The position numbers and the translations under genes are program-made. Below, piece by piece: positions 40,382-49,826 of a stretch of DNA of 64,000 bases (position 1 is its first letter; each line of letters opens with the position of its first letter). This DNA comes from a virus. Its lineage: Duplodnaviria > Heunggongvirae > Uroviricota > Caudoviricetes. Where the stretch lies: IMG/VR virus record IMGVR_UViG_3300021387_000091, positions 69,979 to 133,978 of that record; one strand, 5' to 3'. A model generated the notes under the pieces. That model saw only the letters and a list, made by a program, of their open reading frames with translations. It ran no database searches and was not told the origin of the DNA.

Positions 40382-40382
40382 A

Positions 40383-40742
40383 TTAAATGTTTAATTTTAT
40401 TTTTAAAAGATCTATAATTTCAGATTGTATCTTAGGTTCCCAAGGAGACATAATTTCAAGAATAGAGTTGATGATATTCTCTCTTTGACGATCAAATTTT
40501 TTAAATTTAATAACAAGTTCCTTACATCTGGAATCATTTTTGGAAAGACAATTATAATCTTCTATTCCACATGATATACGTCCATCTTCGCTTTCCCATG
40601 TTGTTAACTGAAGATATGGAGTTTGTTTTCCTTTATCGTCAAGATAAAATTCTTTTGTCACTTTGATAATAATAGCAGTTTCAATAGAACCATCTAGACA
40701 TTCAAAGAAAATCCTATCTCCAACTTTATATTGTTTTTTCAT
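40383..40742 (-). CDS. hypothetical protein
   Basis: ORF track. Confidence 0.45.
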   Translation of the reverse strand: MKKQYKVGDRIFFECLDGSIETAIIIKVTKEFYLDDKGKQTPYLQLTTWESEDGRISCGIEDYNCLSKNDSRCKELVIKFKKFDRQRENIINSILEIMSPWEPKIQSEIIDLLKIKLNI

Positions 40743-40752
40743 AATAATTTAG

Positions 40753-41232
40753 TTAAAATTCAGATTGGACAGAAAAGAATGACTTTTCTCCAGAGCCTAC
40801 AACATAGACTTCATCTTTATTAACAACAAAATCAATACTCCCTGTAAAATCTGAAATAACTGTTGCACACCAAGGATGTTCTTTTAGCCAATCCTGATCT
40901 CTATTAGACAAATTATCATAAATAAATACAGCAACATCTCCTCCATCAGCACAAAACTCTCCTAAGCAATTTTCTTTAAGCCAGTTCTTTTTAAATTCAT
41001 TATATTCATCACTTAATTTCTGTTTCTTATCAGGATCTTTCTCTGAATTATAGTCATAAAAGAATTTAAAATATTTTTCGTTCCACTGATTAGGAAGATT
41101 GTTATTTTCTATGGTTCCTGGATATACCATACAACTTCAATCCCCATAAATTGTATTTCTTTTCATTTCTGGAAAAGAAGATTTCATGTAGCAAGGATCT
41201 GTTATTACAATAGTTTCATTTTTAACTTTCAT
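40753..41232 (-). CDS. hypothetical protein (possible N-terminal extension through TGA at 41137)
   Basis: ORF 40753-41130 plus in-frame upstream ATGs at 41166, 41187, 41232. Confidence 0.4.
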
Positions 41233-41233
41233 A

Positions 41234-41653
41234 TTATTTAAATTTATTAGTATTATACCATTCTTCAGATACCCAAATATTATTAGGAATTGAACCTGCA
41301 GCAATAAACATATCAATCATTTCTAATCCAGTATATCCATTTAACGATCTCAAATTAGTGTTTCTATATGCTATTTTAAAATCGTAATTTGGATTATCTT
41401 TAGCACACTGATATAATTTTTTAATGTTTTCTATTATTTGTTCTTTACTAATAGATCTGACTCCTGGAATTCTTAAATCTTTAGTTGGAAGTGCATAAGC
41501 ATGTCCTTGAAGTCCTTCACCCTGTCCATATTTAGCTCCAAACATTTGTATTGCAGTAAGTGCCGCTCCAGCACCATGCCTTCCTTCTGGATTTGAGCCA
41601 AAGACAAAAATTGTATTTTCTTCAGGAATAATGTTTCCAGTATAATATTTCAC
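41234..41653 (-). CDS. hypothetical protein (FGSNPEGRHGAGAA motif; possible nucleotide-binding fold)
   Basis: ORF track; motif not confidently assigned. Confidence 0.45.
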   Translation of the reverse strand: MKYYTGNIIPEENTIFVFGSNPEGRHGAGAALTAIQMFGAKYGQGEGLQGHAYALPTKDLRIPGVRSISKEQIIENIKKLYQCAKDNPNYDFKIAYRNTNLRSLNGYTGLEMIDMFIAAGSIPNNIWVSEEWYNTNKFK

Positions 41654-41655
41654 AA

Positions 41656-41943
41656 CTACTTATGTTTTATTGTAAAACTAATAACTTCAATAGGAGCACT
41701 TGTTTTTTCAAGATGGTGTCCATTACACATAAACCAATTATTGTTTTCAAAAACTGCTAGTGAATTACTTCCTCTATCACTATTTAAAATATATATAGGT
41801 TCATCAGTAGAATTGAATGTATAAGTTTTAACAGTAGGAATATTAGAATAATAAATATTATAAACTATTGTAGCAGTATAATCCCTATTAGAGTTACAAC
41901 TACATAGAAGAAAAGCAATCAAAGCAATTATAACTTTTTTCAT
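41656..41943 (-). CDS. lipoprotein
   Basis: Lipobox LLCSC. Confidence 0.45.
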   Translation of the reverse strand: MKKVIIALIAFLLCSCNSNRDYTATIVYNIYYSNIPTVKTYTFNSTDEPIYILNSDRGSNSLAVFENNNWFMCNGHHLEKTSAPIEVISFTIKHK

Positions 41944-41945
41944 AC

Positions 41946-42131
41946 CTAATCTTGAAAATGTTTTATTCCTTCATACCAATCATCTGGAGTAGGTTCAAAA
42001 TGAGGACCACCAATATTCATTTCATATTCTTTCATTGAATCATAATCATCCAAATGAACGCCAAATCCAGGAGAATCATATTCTGGCTGTATATTACAAC
42101 CATCATCACTAAAATGTTTCATAATTAAGAT
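41946..42131 (-). CDS. hypothetical small protein
   Basis: Manual translation MKHFSDDGCNIQPEYDSPGFGVHLDDYDSMKEYEMNIGGPHFEPTPDDWYEGIKHFQD. Confidence 0.3.
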   Translation of the reverse strand: MLIMKHFSDDGCNIQPEYDSPGFGVHLDDYDSMKEYEMNIGGPHFEPTPDDWYEGIKHFQD

Positions 42132-42145
42132 TTTTGCATTAAAAT

Positions 42146-42457
42146 TTAATTTACGCCAAAAATCTTTTCATAATCAGACAAATCTTCATTCTTTGTTGAT
42201 GAATTCAGATCACCTTTACATTTTCGACAGTCTGGATCATGGACTATTCCACCGTGTTTATAATGTGAATTAACATTAAAACTTTCATTAGTAAACCAAA
42301 TGTAATCATGATTTCTAAAAGTAAAAGTTCTAAAATCTCCACGTTCCGGAACTTCGTTTCGTTCTTCGTAATGTTTTTCTTGTTCTGGAGTCATTTCACA
42401 ACTAGGAATCGCTAGAAAAACTATTACAAATATTAGATCCCAAAAAATTGTTTTCAT
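42146..42457 (-). CDS. lipoprotein (paralog of 30760-31077)
   Basis: Signal peptide; shared H.P.C.KCK motif. Confidence 0.5.
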   Translation of the reverse strand: MKTIFWDLIFVIVFLAIPSCEMTPEQEKHYEERNEVPERGDFRTFTFRNHDYIWFTNESFNVNSHYKHGGIVHDPDCRKCKGDLNSSTKNEDLSDYEKIFGVN

Positions 42458-42488
42458 TTCAATTAAAGTATATATAATTTGTGTTTAG

Positions 42489-42574
42489 TGACTCTAGAGA
42501 GACTCGAACTCTCGACCCCCTGATTAAAAGTCAGGTGCTCTCTAGCCTTTCGGAACCAACTGAGCTATAGAGTC
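42489..42574 (-). tRNA. tRNA-Lys(TTT) with ~11-nt insertion in the D-loop
   Basis: 86 nt; GACTCTA TA GCTC AGTTGG[TTCCGAAAGGC]TAGA GAGC A CCTGA-CTTTTAA-TCAGG GGGTC GAGAG-TTCGAGT-CTCTC TAGAGTC A. Confidence 0.7.
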
Positions 42575-42785
42575 AAATTGGATAGTTACGTCGTCCTATC
42601 CAGTGCTATCCCTCAGTGACTCATTTCTCATTGGGATACACTTATAGCGGATATGTAGTCACCACTCACCGCACGAAAAAAATTTAGATACAGAGATATA
42701 AAGACCTCAATTAGTTCATTAAAACCCACTTACGGAATCCGTATTGGACCGAGGACGTTGAATTGAACTTACTCTATATCTATAC

Positions 42786-43616
42786 TTATTTAACTACAGA
42801 AAATTTAGCAGTTCGACAACCACAGACATAATCCCATCCAGTGAGAATGAATAGGGTATCATCACTTCCTAGGTATGAATCACCTATCTCATTACAATCA
42901 AATTTACTGGTTCTCAGTTTTATGATTATCTCATTACCATAATCATCTATTAAATAACTGCAGTCACGCTGAATCCCAGCTCCTCCTGGAGTTCCTTCAC
43001 ATCGAGGAGACCTTTCTTTATGGACTCGATCTCGTTGCGAAGAGACAAGTACTTCTGGACATCTAGAGGATAAGTAGATTTTACTTCCTCCAACTCGCGT
43101 TCCTTGGATTTCAATTCCCGCTTGGTTGCAATGACGTCCTGCTGTAAGTTGAGGTCGGTTTCTTCCACCATAAAGGATACTTCCTTCGTAATGTTCGGAG
43201 TTAGAATTTCCTTGCTTTTGTAATTGATTTTGATTTTGTCCATTTTGTTTAAAATCTAATATAAGTGTTGATTTAATTATATTTAAAAATTCTCGATAAT
43301 CTGATTCAACTAAATAAGGCCAACAATCGTCTTTAAATAAATCTCTCTTGCAACCTTTATAAGTTTGTGGTTTAGATTTCCAAACCGATGCATTATTAAT
43401 TGTAAAAGTTCTGTCTACTAATTCATTAGACTCTTCTGTATAAAATCCGTCTAGAATAATATAACTGTTTGTAACAGCTCTTTCAATTATTCTTGAGCAT
43501 GCATTAAACACAATAATATCTAAATCCTTTTCTTTTTTTAATTCAGTTAATGCTTTTACTAATTTTTTTACTTGATTATCGTTAAGTAATTTATAATAAT
43601 ATATAACCGATACCAT
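42786..43616 (-). CDS. hypothetical protein whose middle crosses a GC-rich ~400-nt island
   Basis: AT-rich N- and C-terminal parts in one continuous frame; GC-rich middle reads as low-complexity sequence. Confidence 0.4.
   Translation of the reverse strand: MVSVIYYYKLLNDNQVKKLVKALTELKKEKDLDIIVFNACSRIIERAVTNSYIILDGFYTEESNELVDRTFTINNASVWKSKPQTYKGCKRDLFKDDCWPYLVESDYREFLNIIKSTLILDFKQNGQNQNQLQKQGNSNSEHYEGSILYGGRNRPQLTAGRHCNQAGIEIQGTRVGGSKIYLSSRCPEVLVSSQRDRVHKERSPRCEGTPGGAGIQRDCSYLIDDYGNEIIIKLRTSKFDCNEIGDSYLGSDDTLFILTGWDYVCGCRTAKFSVVK
42950..43243 (-). CDS. coiled-coil protein encoded in the GC-rich island (overlaps 42786-43616 in another frame)
   Basis: ORF track 97 aa; GC-rich codon usage unlike surrounding genes. 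Confidence 0.4.
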   Translation of the reverse strand: MDKIKINYKSKEILTPNITKEVSFMVEETDLNLQQDVIATKRELKSKERELEEVKSTYPLDVQKYLSLRNEIESIKKGLLDVKELQEELGFSVTAVI

Positions 43617-43622
43617 ATTTAA

Positions 43623-43886
43623 TTATGATTCTTTTAATATATTATAAAGATCTTTACAATACTTATGATAAGGCACAGGCTGCGTTGAAATACCTGATCT
43701 AGAAATCCATTCTAATCCAGAAATATGCTGTTCTGTTATCTTATCTTTAAATATATTATATCCTCTAATTAAAGCTTCTCTTAAAGGTTCATTTTCATCC
43801 TTCTTACAATTAAATGTACCTTTACTATAAGAACCAACAATTTTAACCGGATATAATTCTAGTGCAATTTGTTCTATTGTTTTCAT
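43623..43886 (-). CDS. hypothetical protein
   Basis: ORF 43623-43931 trimmed to internal ATG to avoid tRNA-Leu. Confidence 0.4.
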   Translation of the reverse strand: MKTIEQIALELYPVKIVGSYSKGTFNCKKDENEPLREALIRGYNIFKDKITEQHISGLEWISRSGISTQPVPYHKYCKDLYNILKES

Positions 43887-43904
43887 AATATTTGTTTTGT
43901 TTTG

Positions 43905-43990
43905 TAGCGGATGTCGGAGTCGAACCGACACAGCCTATGCAGGCCATCAGAGCTTAAATCTGACGTGTCTACCAATTTCACCAATCCGCC
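43905..43990 (-). tRNA. tRNA-Leu(TAA), class II
   Basis: 86 nt; anticodon arm TCAGA-TTTAAGC-TCTGA, variable arm GGCCTGCATAGGCT, T-arm GTCGG-TTCGACT-CCGAC, A73. Confidence 0.8.
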
Positions 43991-44074
43991 AAAAATCCTA
44001 GCTTTTAAATGGAGCTAGGGAACCAGATTTTATAAAAAATAATCTACCACACATTTATCTTTCGATAAAGTGAG

Positions 44075-44570
44075 GCACTATTTTACCACTATAGCTTTCG
44101 CTACCAGAATAAAACTCTGTTCAATCATTGACATTATCTCTGATGTGTCACAGTTAATTCTGTTTAATTCTGTTTGTGGTCTGGACTGTATCTTAACCAT
44201 ATTGAAATCTCGCGAGTTAGGTTTTAGTTTTCTAAGATTCCTCCAACGCTAACTTTTCGAAGATTCGGAATCTCTCAGTTGTCTTTTCCTATTTCAACTT
44301 AGGTTCCTCCTGTATCTAGTCTCTACACACTGTCTATTCGCTTATTGCAACTGTATACTAATTTAATAGTCAAGTTTTCAAACACTCAAAGATGTTATTG
44401 GGTTGCACGAAATAACATTGGCTCGGTATTGGCATACTCAAGGTTAGTTTCAAACCCATTCTATCATTCAGATAGTATAATTTAGAACTATAGCCTTCAC
44501 CGAATTAGGGAGGTTCTACATCCAAGGTTTTCCTTGGTGCACTCAAATTTTTAAACTTAAGATATGATTT
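44075..44570 (-). other. group I intron-like element homologous to the intron at 24265-24489, not within a recognisable tRNA
   Basis: Shared blocks with 24265-24489 (plus-strand): ctacacactgtct, acattggctcgg.attg.cat, ccgaattagg.g, gttctac, tgt.gtctgga, cttaaccata, actata.ctttcg.tacc; two extra insertions. Confidence 0.45.
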
Positions 44571-44606
44571 ATTCTATTCTTAAATACAATTCTCGTACCA
44601 AAATTA

Positions 44607-45293
44607 CTAAAGTAATTTTTGAAGATCATTAATAAGCAACATTAGTATTGGGAGATGTTCATCTTCACCCCATGTATCATGTGTTTTCAGAACAGAATAA
44701 GATGCTTCTAATGCGTCCATTTGTTCCTTGCTCGGCTTCCAGTGAGGCTGTTTACGGAAGGATTTGAGGAAATCTATCTTAATCTCAATAATTGCGGCGT
44801 GGTCTTTATCTTTGACAAGACTATCCTCATAATCTTTAATGATTGATTCCAACCATTGTTCATCTTCCTCGCTCCACTCTACTGACTGCTCTTTCTGTTT
44901 TCCTGCTAAAAATCCCTCACGAAAACCCTTTGCAAAGGCAAGTTCTATACGATTATCTTCATATCCATCTACTGCGGATGCCCCACTATCATTATAGAAT
45001 TTCCAAGCCTTGTCAAGTGCTTCCTCAAAAGATTCTTGGTCATTATAGATAGGAGTCATCCGATTATACTTTTCTTTGGTTTTCTGCCTTTCTATATAAG
45101 CAAGAGCCTCTTCTTTTGTTGTATGTGAACCTGGAGAAATCACACTTCCATCCTCAAGTGCAAATTTTATGAAGGTTACAATATCATTCCTTATCCTTTC
45201 GTCTTCGCTCTGTTTAGGTTGAATAATAACATTATTTTCTTCAATCCGAGCTTCATATCCTTCTGGAATTTCATATTTGTAGTAAGGTTTCAT
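44607..45293 (-). CDS. hypothetical protein (cassette B; paralog of 35610-36383)
   Basis: ORF track; shared motifs. Confidence 0.5.
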   Translation of the reverse strand: MKPYYKYEIPEGYEARIEENNVIIQPKQSEDERIRNDIVTFIKFALEDGSVISPGSHTTKEEALAYIERQKTKEKYNRMTPIYNDQESFEEALDKAWKFYNDSGASAVDGYEDNRIELAFAKGFREGFLAGKQKEQSVEWSEEDEQWLESIIKDYEDSLVKDKDHAAIIEIKIDFLKSFRKQPHWKPSKEQMDALEASYSVLKTHDTWGEDEHLPILMLLINDLQKLL

Positions 45294-45295
45294 GC

Positions 45296-46069
45296 TTACA
45301 AATTTAAAAATGGAAGTTCTTTTTTAAAATTTAAGATTTCTATAAATTCTTTGTTATCAACGAACTCTTTCCAATTCTTATTTAACCAATCAAAATCATA
45401 GTTGAAATTTGGTTTGAATTTGGAATCAATTTTGTTCATTATTTGTAAACACATATCGTCGAACAGTTGTTTACCATACTCAGTATCTATACGTTTACAA
45501 AGAATATGACCCCACCAGTGAACAATATCTTCAAGTTCATAGCATTGATCTGCAATTATTTGCTCACAAGATCCAGAATCAAAATCATCTCTATGTCTTA
45601 CAACACTACAACGAACATTCCAAAGATCAATTACCCTATTTATTTTAATAACCTTTAAAATATTAAGATTTTCTGAAAGACACACATAATAAAGATGCTT
45701 TTGCATTATTAAATTATTAAATTCATCCTCAGAAATAGGTGATATTGGTTCATCAATAATACAATCTTGTAAACTTATAAAGGCCCATCCATTCATTCTG
45801 AATATAGTATAACGGGGATTTATAGATGATTGAAAAACAATATTTACATCTTTAAGTTTCTTAAGATCATTATCTGAAGCCTTACTAATAACAATGTAAT
45901 GTAATGCCCCTTCATGAAGACAATGCCCTATGCTATTACTTCCTGCTGTATAAAATAGACTGTCATCTGGAAGTTCAATTACATGTCTTTGTGCGTCTTT
46001 AGGATGTATACTATAACATCCAAATCTTACAGTAATTTTCATATTATTTACTATTTTTTGCGAGTTCAA
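45296..46069 (-). CDS. hypothetical protein
   Basis: ORF track. Confidence 0.5.
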   Translation of the reverse strand: MNSQKIVNNMKITVRFGCYSIHPKDAQRHVIELPDDSLFYTAGSNSIGHCLHEGALHYIVISKASDNDLKKLKDVNIVFQSSINPRYTIFRMNGWAFISLQDCIIDEPISPISEDEFNNLIMQKHLYYVCLSENLNILKVIKINRVIDLWNVRCSVVRHRDDFDSGSCEQIIADQCYELEDIVHWWGHILCKRIDTEYGKQLFDDMCLQIMNKIDSKFKPNFNYDFDWLNKNWKEFVDNKEFIEILNFKKELPFLNL

Positions 46070-46189
46070 TCAAAGTCTGCATTGCTTCAATATCCTCTTC
46101 AGATACACAATAAGAGGCTTCGTACCAAAACTCATACCATCCATCTATGGATTGCTCGAGTCGCTTTATTGCTTGTTCTTTAGTCATAA

Positions 46190-46588
46190 CTAAATCAGAT
46201 TTTCAAGACAATATTTAATAGCAGATTCACAGACTTCCTCATAGGAATCTTTATACAAACAAACGTTCGGCACATCCACATCATCTATTTCGCCGTTATT
46301 TTTTATCTTAATGACAGATGCTACATATGTGAATCCAAGTCCGCAAATATTTGCATAATCTGTCGTAATGACAATACGATGAACTTCCCTCAACCACTTC
46401 ATTGCCATTTGGAGGGTTGGCGCTAGGATAGCATTATGCATTTCACATCCAGATGCTTCAACCTCATATTTTTCATAACTAAAAGAACCAGCATTCCCAT
46501 AATGAGCTCTGCATCCTTCATCAAACCCCTTTTCCTTCAGGAGTTTTGCTGTTTCAAAAGAAACGTAATCTTCTGTTATCATAATCAT
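46190..46588 (-). CDS. hypothetical protein (paralog of 36387-36767)
   Basis: ORF track. Confidence 0.5.
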   Translation of the reverse strand: MIMITEDYVSFETAKLLKEKGFDEGCRAHYGNAGSFSYEKYEVEASGCEMHNAILAPTLQMAMKWLREVHRIVITTDYANICGLGFTYVASVIKIKNNGEIDDVDVPNVCLYKDSYEEVCESAIKYCLENLI

Positions 46589-46739
46589 ACAATATTATAA
46601 AGTATAGACGTGCTGTTTCAAATTCTATACACCAAACTGTCAAACCATGATGTGTAGGCAGTTTCCAAACAAGGTTCTAACTTGGACTCCTTCCATACTT
46701 AGTTTATTGATACATAATGCAATTATAATAATCATACCT

Positions 46740-46925
46740 TCATTTCTTTAGGCTCTTTCCGTAAAAATCAACATATCGTTTTACTGTATCATCTATACAG
46801 TCTTTTAGAGATTCATATCCGAAGTAAGTATTTTCAGGATAGCCCTTAAGTTTTGAGTATTCCCAGTTTTTAGGATTGTTATATGCCCGAACTATCTTTT
46901 TCTTTAAGATTGATAGCTTTGTCAT
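46740..46925 (-). CDS. hypothetical small protein
   Basis: ORF track. Confidence 0.35.
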   Translation of the reverse strand: MTKLSILKKKIVRAYNNPKNWEYSKLKGYPENTYFGYESLKDCIDDTVKRYVDFYGKSLKK

Positions 46926-46927
46926 GC

Positions 46928-47359
46928 TTATTCGGTTTTATACATATCTTCTTTAGCTTCAAGGGCCAGTCCCATAGGGATTAAGCCACGAAAATCGAAC
47001 ATCTTTTTGTTAAGCCAATCGATTTCATTAAACAATACTCTATCACTAACAATCATTCCATCAGAGTATTTGTATGCTATTGGAGCATCTATACTATCTT
47101 CAAGAATGGCAAAATCTTTCTCAAATGCTTTTCTATATTCATTTCTTTCCTCCTTAGTCATACTTGACATTGGACGGAAATATGGCTTAATAGTATCTAT
47201 CCAATAAGGAAGATTCGAATATTCTCTTATATAAACATCTTCATCCCTTATGTAATGAATTTCTCTTATGCATTCTTCATTATCGGCCTTAAATTTTACT
47301 CCATAAGGCAATCTTGCACAAAGGTCTTTAAGTAGTAGCTGTCTATCTTCTTGTGTCAT
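46928..47359 (-). CDS. hypothetical protein (paralog of 37018-37449)
   Basis: ORF track. Confidence 0.5.
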   Translation of the reverse strand: MTQEDRQLLLKDLCARLPYGVKFKADNEECIREIHYIRDEDVYIREYSNLPYWIDTIKPYFRPMSSMTKEERNEYRKAFEKDFAILEDSIDAPIAYKYSDGMIVSDRVLFNEIDWLNKKMFDFRGLIPMGLALEAKEDMYKTE

Positions 47360-47370
47360 AATAATTGAAT

Positions 47371-47652
47371 TTAAAATTCAAGAAGGGTATCAAGATAATC
47401 ATCAAGATAAGATATTGGAAAGTTATTTATTCTTCCTGTCTTACTTATTTGATATTTTTTACCATTGTAAATAAGATAGTATCCTGATTTACCACTTTTG
47501 GCTATTTTGCATTCAAAATCCAAAAGGACAATGTCATTTCTTATTATACCAAGAAATTGTTTGGTTGGAGAATATAGAAATGCCTCAAATTCTCCCGCAT
47601 GTAGATTAAGAGTTAATTCTTTTTCTTTCTGTGTCATAACTAATATCCCCAT
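47371..47652 (-). CDS. hypothetical protein (paralog of 36764-37015)
   Basis: ORF track. Confidence 0.45.
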   Translation of the reverse strand: MGILVMTQKEKELTLNLHAGEFEAFLYSPTKQFLGIIRNDIVLLDFECKIAKSGKSGYYLIYNGKKYQISKTGRINNFPISYLDDYLDTLLEF

Positions 47653-47942
47653 TCAATAGACCAATATTCCCAAGGATCCCAAACTCTATCAATGTCGAAA
47701 CCATCTTCACGAAGTCTCGCAATCGTATCATATGTTGCTACCCAATTAAATTCATCGGCACTATTCTTACTAGGGAGAAGGACATATGCTTCTCCATTCT
47801 CCATTGCTTCTTTTATTCTCCTTTGCGCTTCTTCATAATTTCGCTCATCATTACCATTTGTGTAGTAAGCATTTACCATTTCTTCTTTTGTCATGATAGT
47901 TTTGTTTATACTGATATACGCTATTTCATTTAAAAAAGCCAC
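47640..47942 (-). CDS. hypothetical protein
   Basis: ORF track. Confidence 0.45.
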   Translation of the reverse strand: MAFLNEIAYISINKTIMTKEEMVNAYYTNGNDERNYEEAQRRIKEAMENGEAYVLLPSKNSADEFNWVATYDTIARLREDGFDIDRVWDPWEYWSIEWGY

Positions 47943-47999
47943 GTTATGTCATAAGGCCTGAAGTGTAAGAGACATTAATTAATAATCACTACTAATTTT

Positions 48000-48570
48000 T
48001 TCACGTGGCTTTTATTGGAATCCCAGTTAAGTATCACCTCTTCTGGGATTTGATTATCTCACACCTTTAATAGTTTATTGTCGGACGTCTCCTATCGTAA
48101 CTGTGAGTAGGGCTGTATACAGCTTTATTGAAATTTGTTTCCTGCCTAGCTTTATCACAGGAATGGTGGACTATAGGCTCTCTCCACTTTGTAGAGCTAT
48201 ATGCTGCTCTCGAACAACAAAAAAATATAAATGAGGTTGTTAACCGGTTACCTCTAGCCTAGCTATCATCAGTGTTAAGCGGTTTCTAGAAAACACTTTA
48301 TAGCTCTCTTAATGATATTACTGCAATATTAAAGTAGCATGTTAGCCCGCATCATGCTTAGCAGGAGCCTTGGTTACCAAGCCAAGGAAAATCGACTGTT
48401 GTGATAGGATTGTACACTCCTATTGGTCAGCCCGAAGCCAACTATCATGAATAATAGCTCTTCTATGACAAAAAAAATAAAATCCTCTCAGTTACTACAT
48501 TCTAACATAGGTATTCCCAGTATGTTCCTTTTAAGTGTGGTTTTGGCATTAGAGAACTCCACTTATCATA
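48000..48570 (-). other. ~570-nt GC-richer non-coding region with several perfect hairpins; candidate structured RNA (group I-like S element CCTATAGTCC)
   Basis: No ORF of 60 aa or more; hairpins CCTTGG-TTACCAAG-CCAAGG, AGCATG...CATGCT, GGAATCCCAG...CTGGGATT. Confidence 0.3.
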
Positions 48571-48577
48571 TTGAGGA

Positions 48578-48772
48578 TTATTCGAAACTGGATTTAATTT
48601 CTTTTATAAAACATCCATAAGAAGATACAATAGATGCAATAATAAGCTTCCACTTTTTACACAATATTACGCAAAGAAAAATCGTGTTAACAACTGGAGT
48701 AGCAAGCATCAATATACTCCATAAGTTGATGGTAAACTCATTATCCGTGTAATAAAACATTACACCTATCAT
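48578..48772 (-). CDS. small membrane protein
   Basis: ORF 48578-48853 trimmed to ATG 48770-48772 adjacent to upstream stop. Confidence 0.35.
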   Translation of the reverse strand: MIGVMFYYTDNEFTINLWSILMLATPVVNTIFLCVILCKKWKLIIASIVSSYGCFIKEIKSSFE

Positions 48773-48773
48773 A

Positions 48774-49826
48774 CTAATTATCCAGACGAGTAGAATTATT
48801 ACTAGCATAATTTGAGTTAAAGTCTCTAAGAATGATAATAGGAATTCCAGCATCTCCAGATCCAGATAATAAATCCATTAAAGATGCATATAAATCAATT
48901 TTTCTACGAGGTGTTGTACCTTGAGAATCCATCTTATTGAATAGATTGGATTTATGATTAATTGTATCTTTAATGTAATTTTCTAACTCTTTACCGGTTA
49001 AATCGGATTGGTCGATAAAGGCTTTGAGTTTAATTTCGTTTGGTGTACCTTCAAGACCTTTAGTATATGCTGGAGATGTTACAGGATCAGCAAATTCCCA
49101 AATACCTGCAAATGGATCTTTGAAACAACCATCTGCATAAACCATAACCTCTACATCATATCCTTTCTGTTTGAGTATGGATTGGATTTGATCTACAAGT
49201 TGTTGGGCCTTTTTGGTATTTGGAAAGAGCTTAAGTTTTTCTTCTGTAGCTTTATTAGAACCTAAAAGACCATATTCTGTTTTATCGGAACATATATCTT
49301 TAAGTGTAATAAAATTACCAGAAGATTTTATTGGTGGACGAAGCTGACAATTGATATTAAAATGTGAGTTTATTGAATTATAATGAATTTTAGACTGAAT
49401 AATTGTTTTACAACCTTCATTTTCGCAGATTTCTCTGTAATAATCATCATAATTCATTCCTGTAAATGGATGATTTCGGATTATATTTCCTACTTCATCA
49501 ATTTCAGGCATAATAATTTCAATTTCATCTGTTGCCCTAGCGATACCCTTAAGAATCATCGCAAATCTATTGCGAGAGTAAATAGGATACCACAATCTAA
49601 TTGGAAGATTCTTTGTATTTAATCTTCTTACTTCTGCGGCTACATCGTCAAGTGTAACATAATTACCTTGAGACCTAGCGACAATTGATTCTGTAATTCC
49701 AATAATATCACCTGATTTAGGTTCTAAAACTCGAAAAATAGAATCTGGAATTATTTTAATGAGATCATCTCCTTCTCTTATTAACGGAGCTGGAATCCCA
49801 ATAGCTTGTCGAGCCATAATAGTCAA
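48774..49826 (-). CDS. CofE/F420-glutamyl-ligase-like domain protein
   Basis: N-terminal GDDL...GD.IGITESIVARSQG pattern resembles CofE/FbiB ligases. Confidence 0.45.
   Translation of the reverse strand: MTIMARQAIGIPAPLIREGDDLIKIIPDSIFRVLEPKSGDIIGITESIVARSQGNYVTLDDVAAEVRRLNTKNLPIRLWYPIYSRNRFAMILKGIARATDEIEIIMPEIDEVGNIIRNHPFTGMNYDDYYREICENEGCKTIIQSKIHYNSINSHFNINCQLRPPIKSSGNFITLKDICSDKTEYGLLGSNKATEEKLKLFPNTKKAQQLVDQIQSILKQKGYDVEVMVYADGCFKDPFAGIWEFADPVTSPAYTKGLEGTPNEIKLKAFIDQSDLTGKELENYIKDTINHKSNLFNKMDSQGTTPRRKIDLYASLMDLLSGSGDAGIPIIILRDFNSNYASNNSTRLDN

Noticed and set aside
48000-48570. RNase P RNA
   Set aside because: Only loose resemblance (AGTCC...GGCAGG); conserved P4 strands and element order do not fit.
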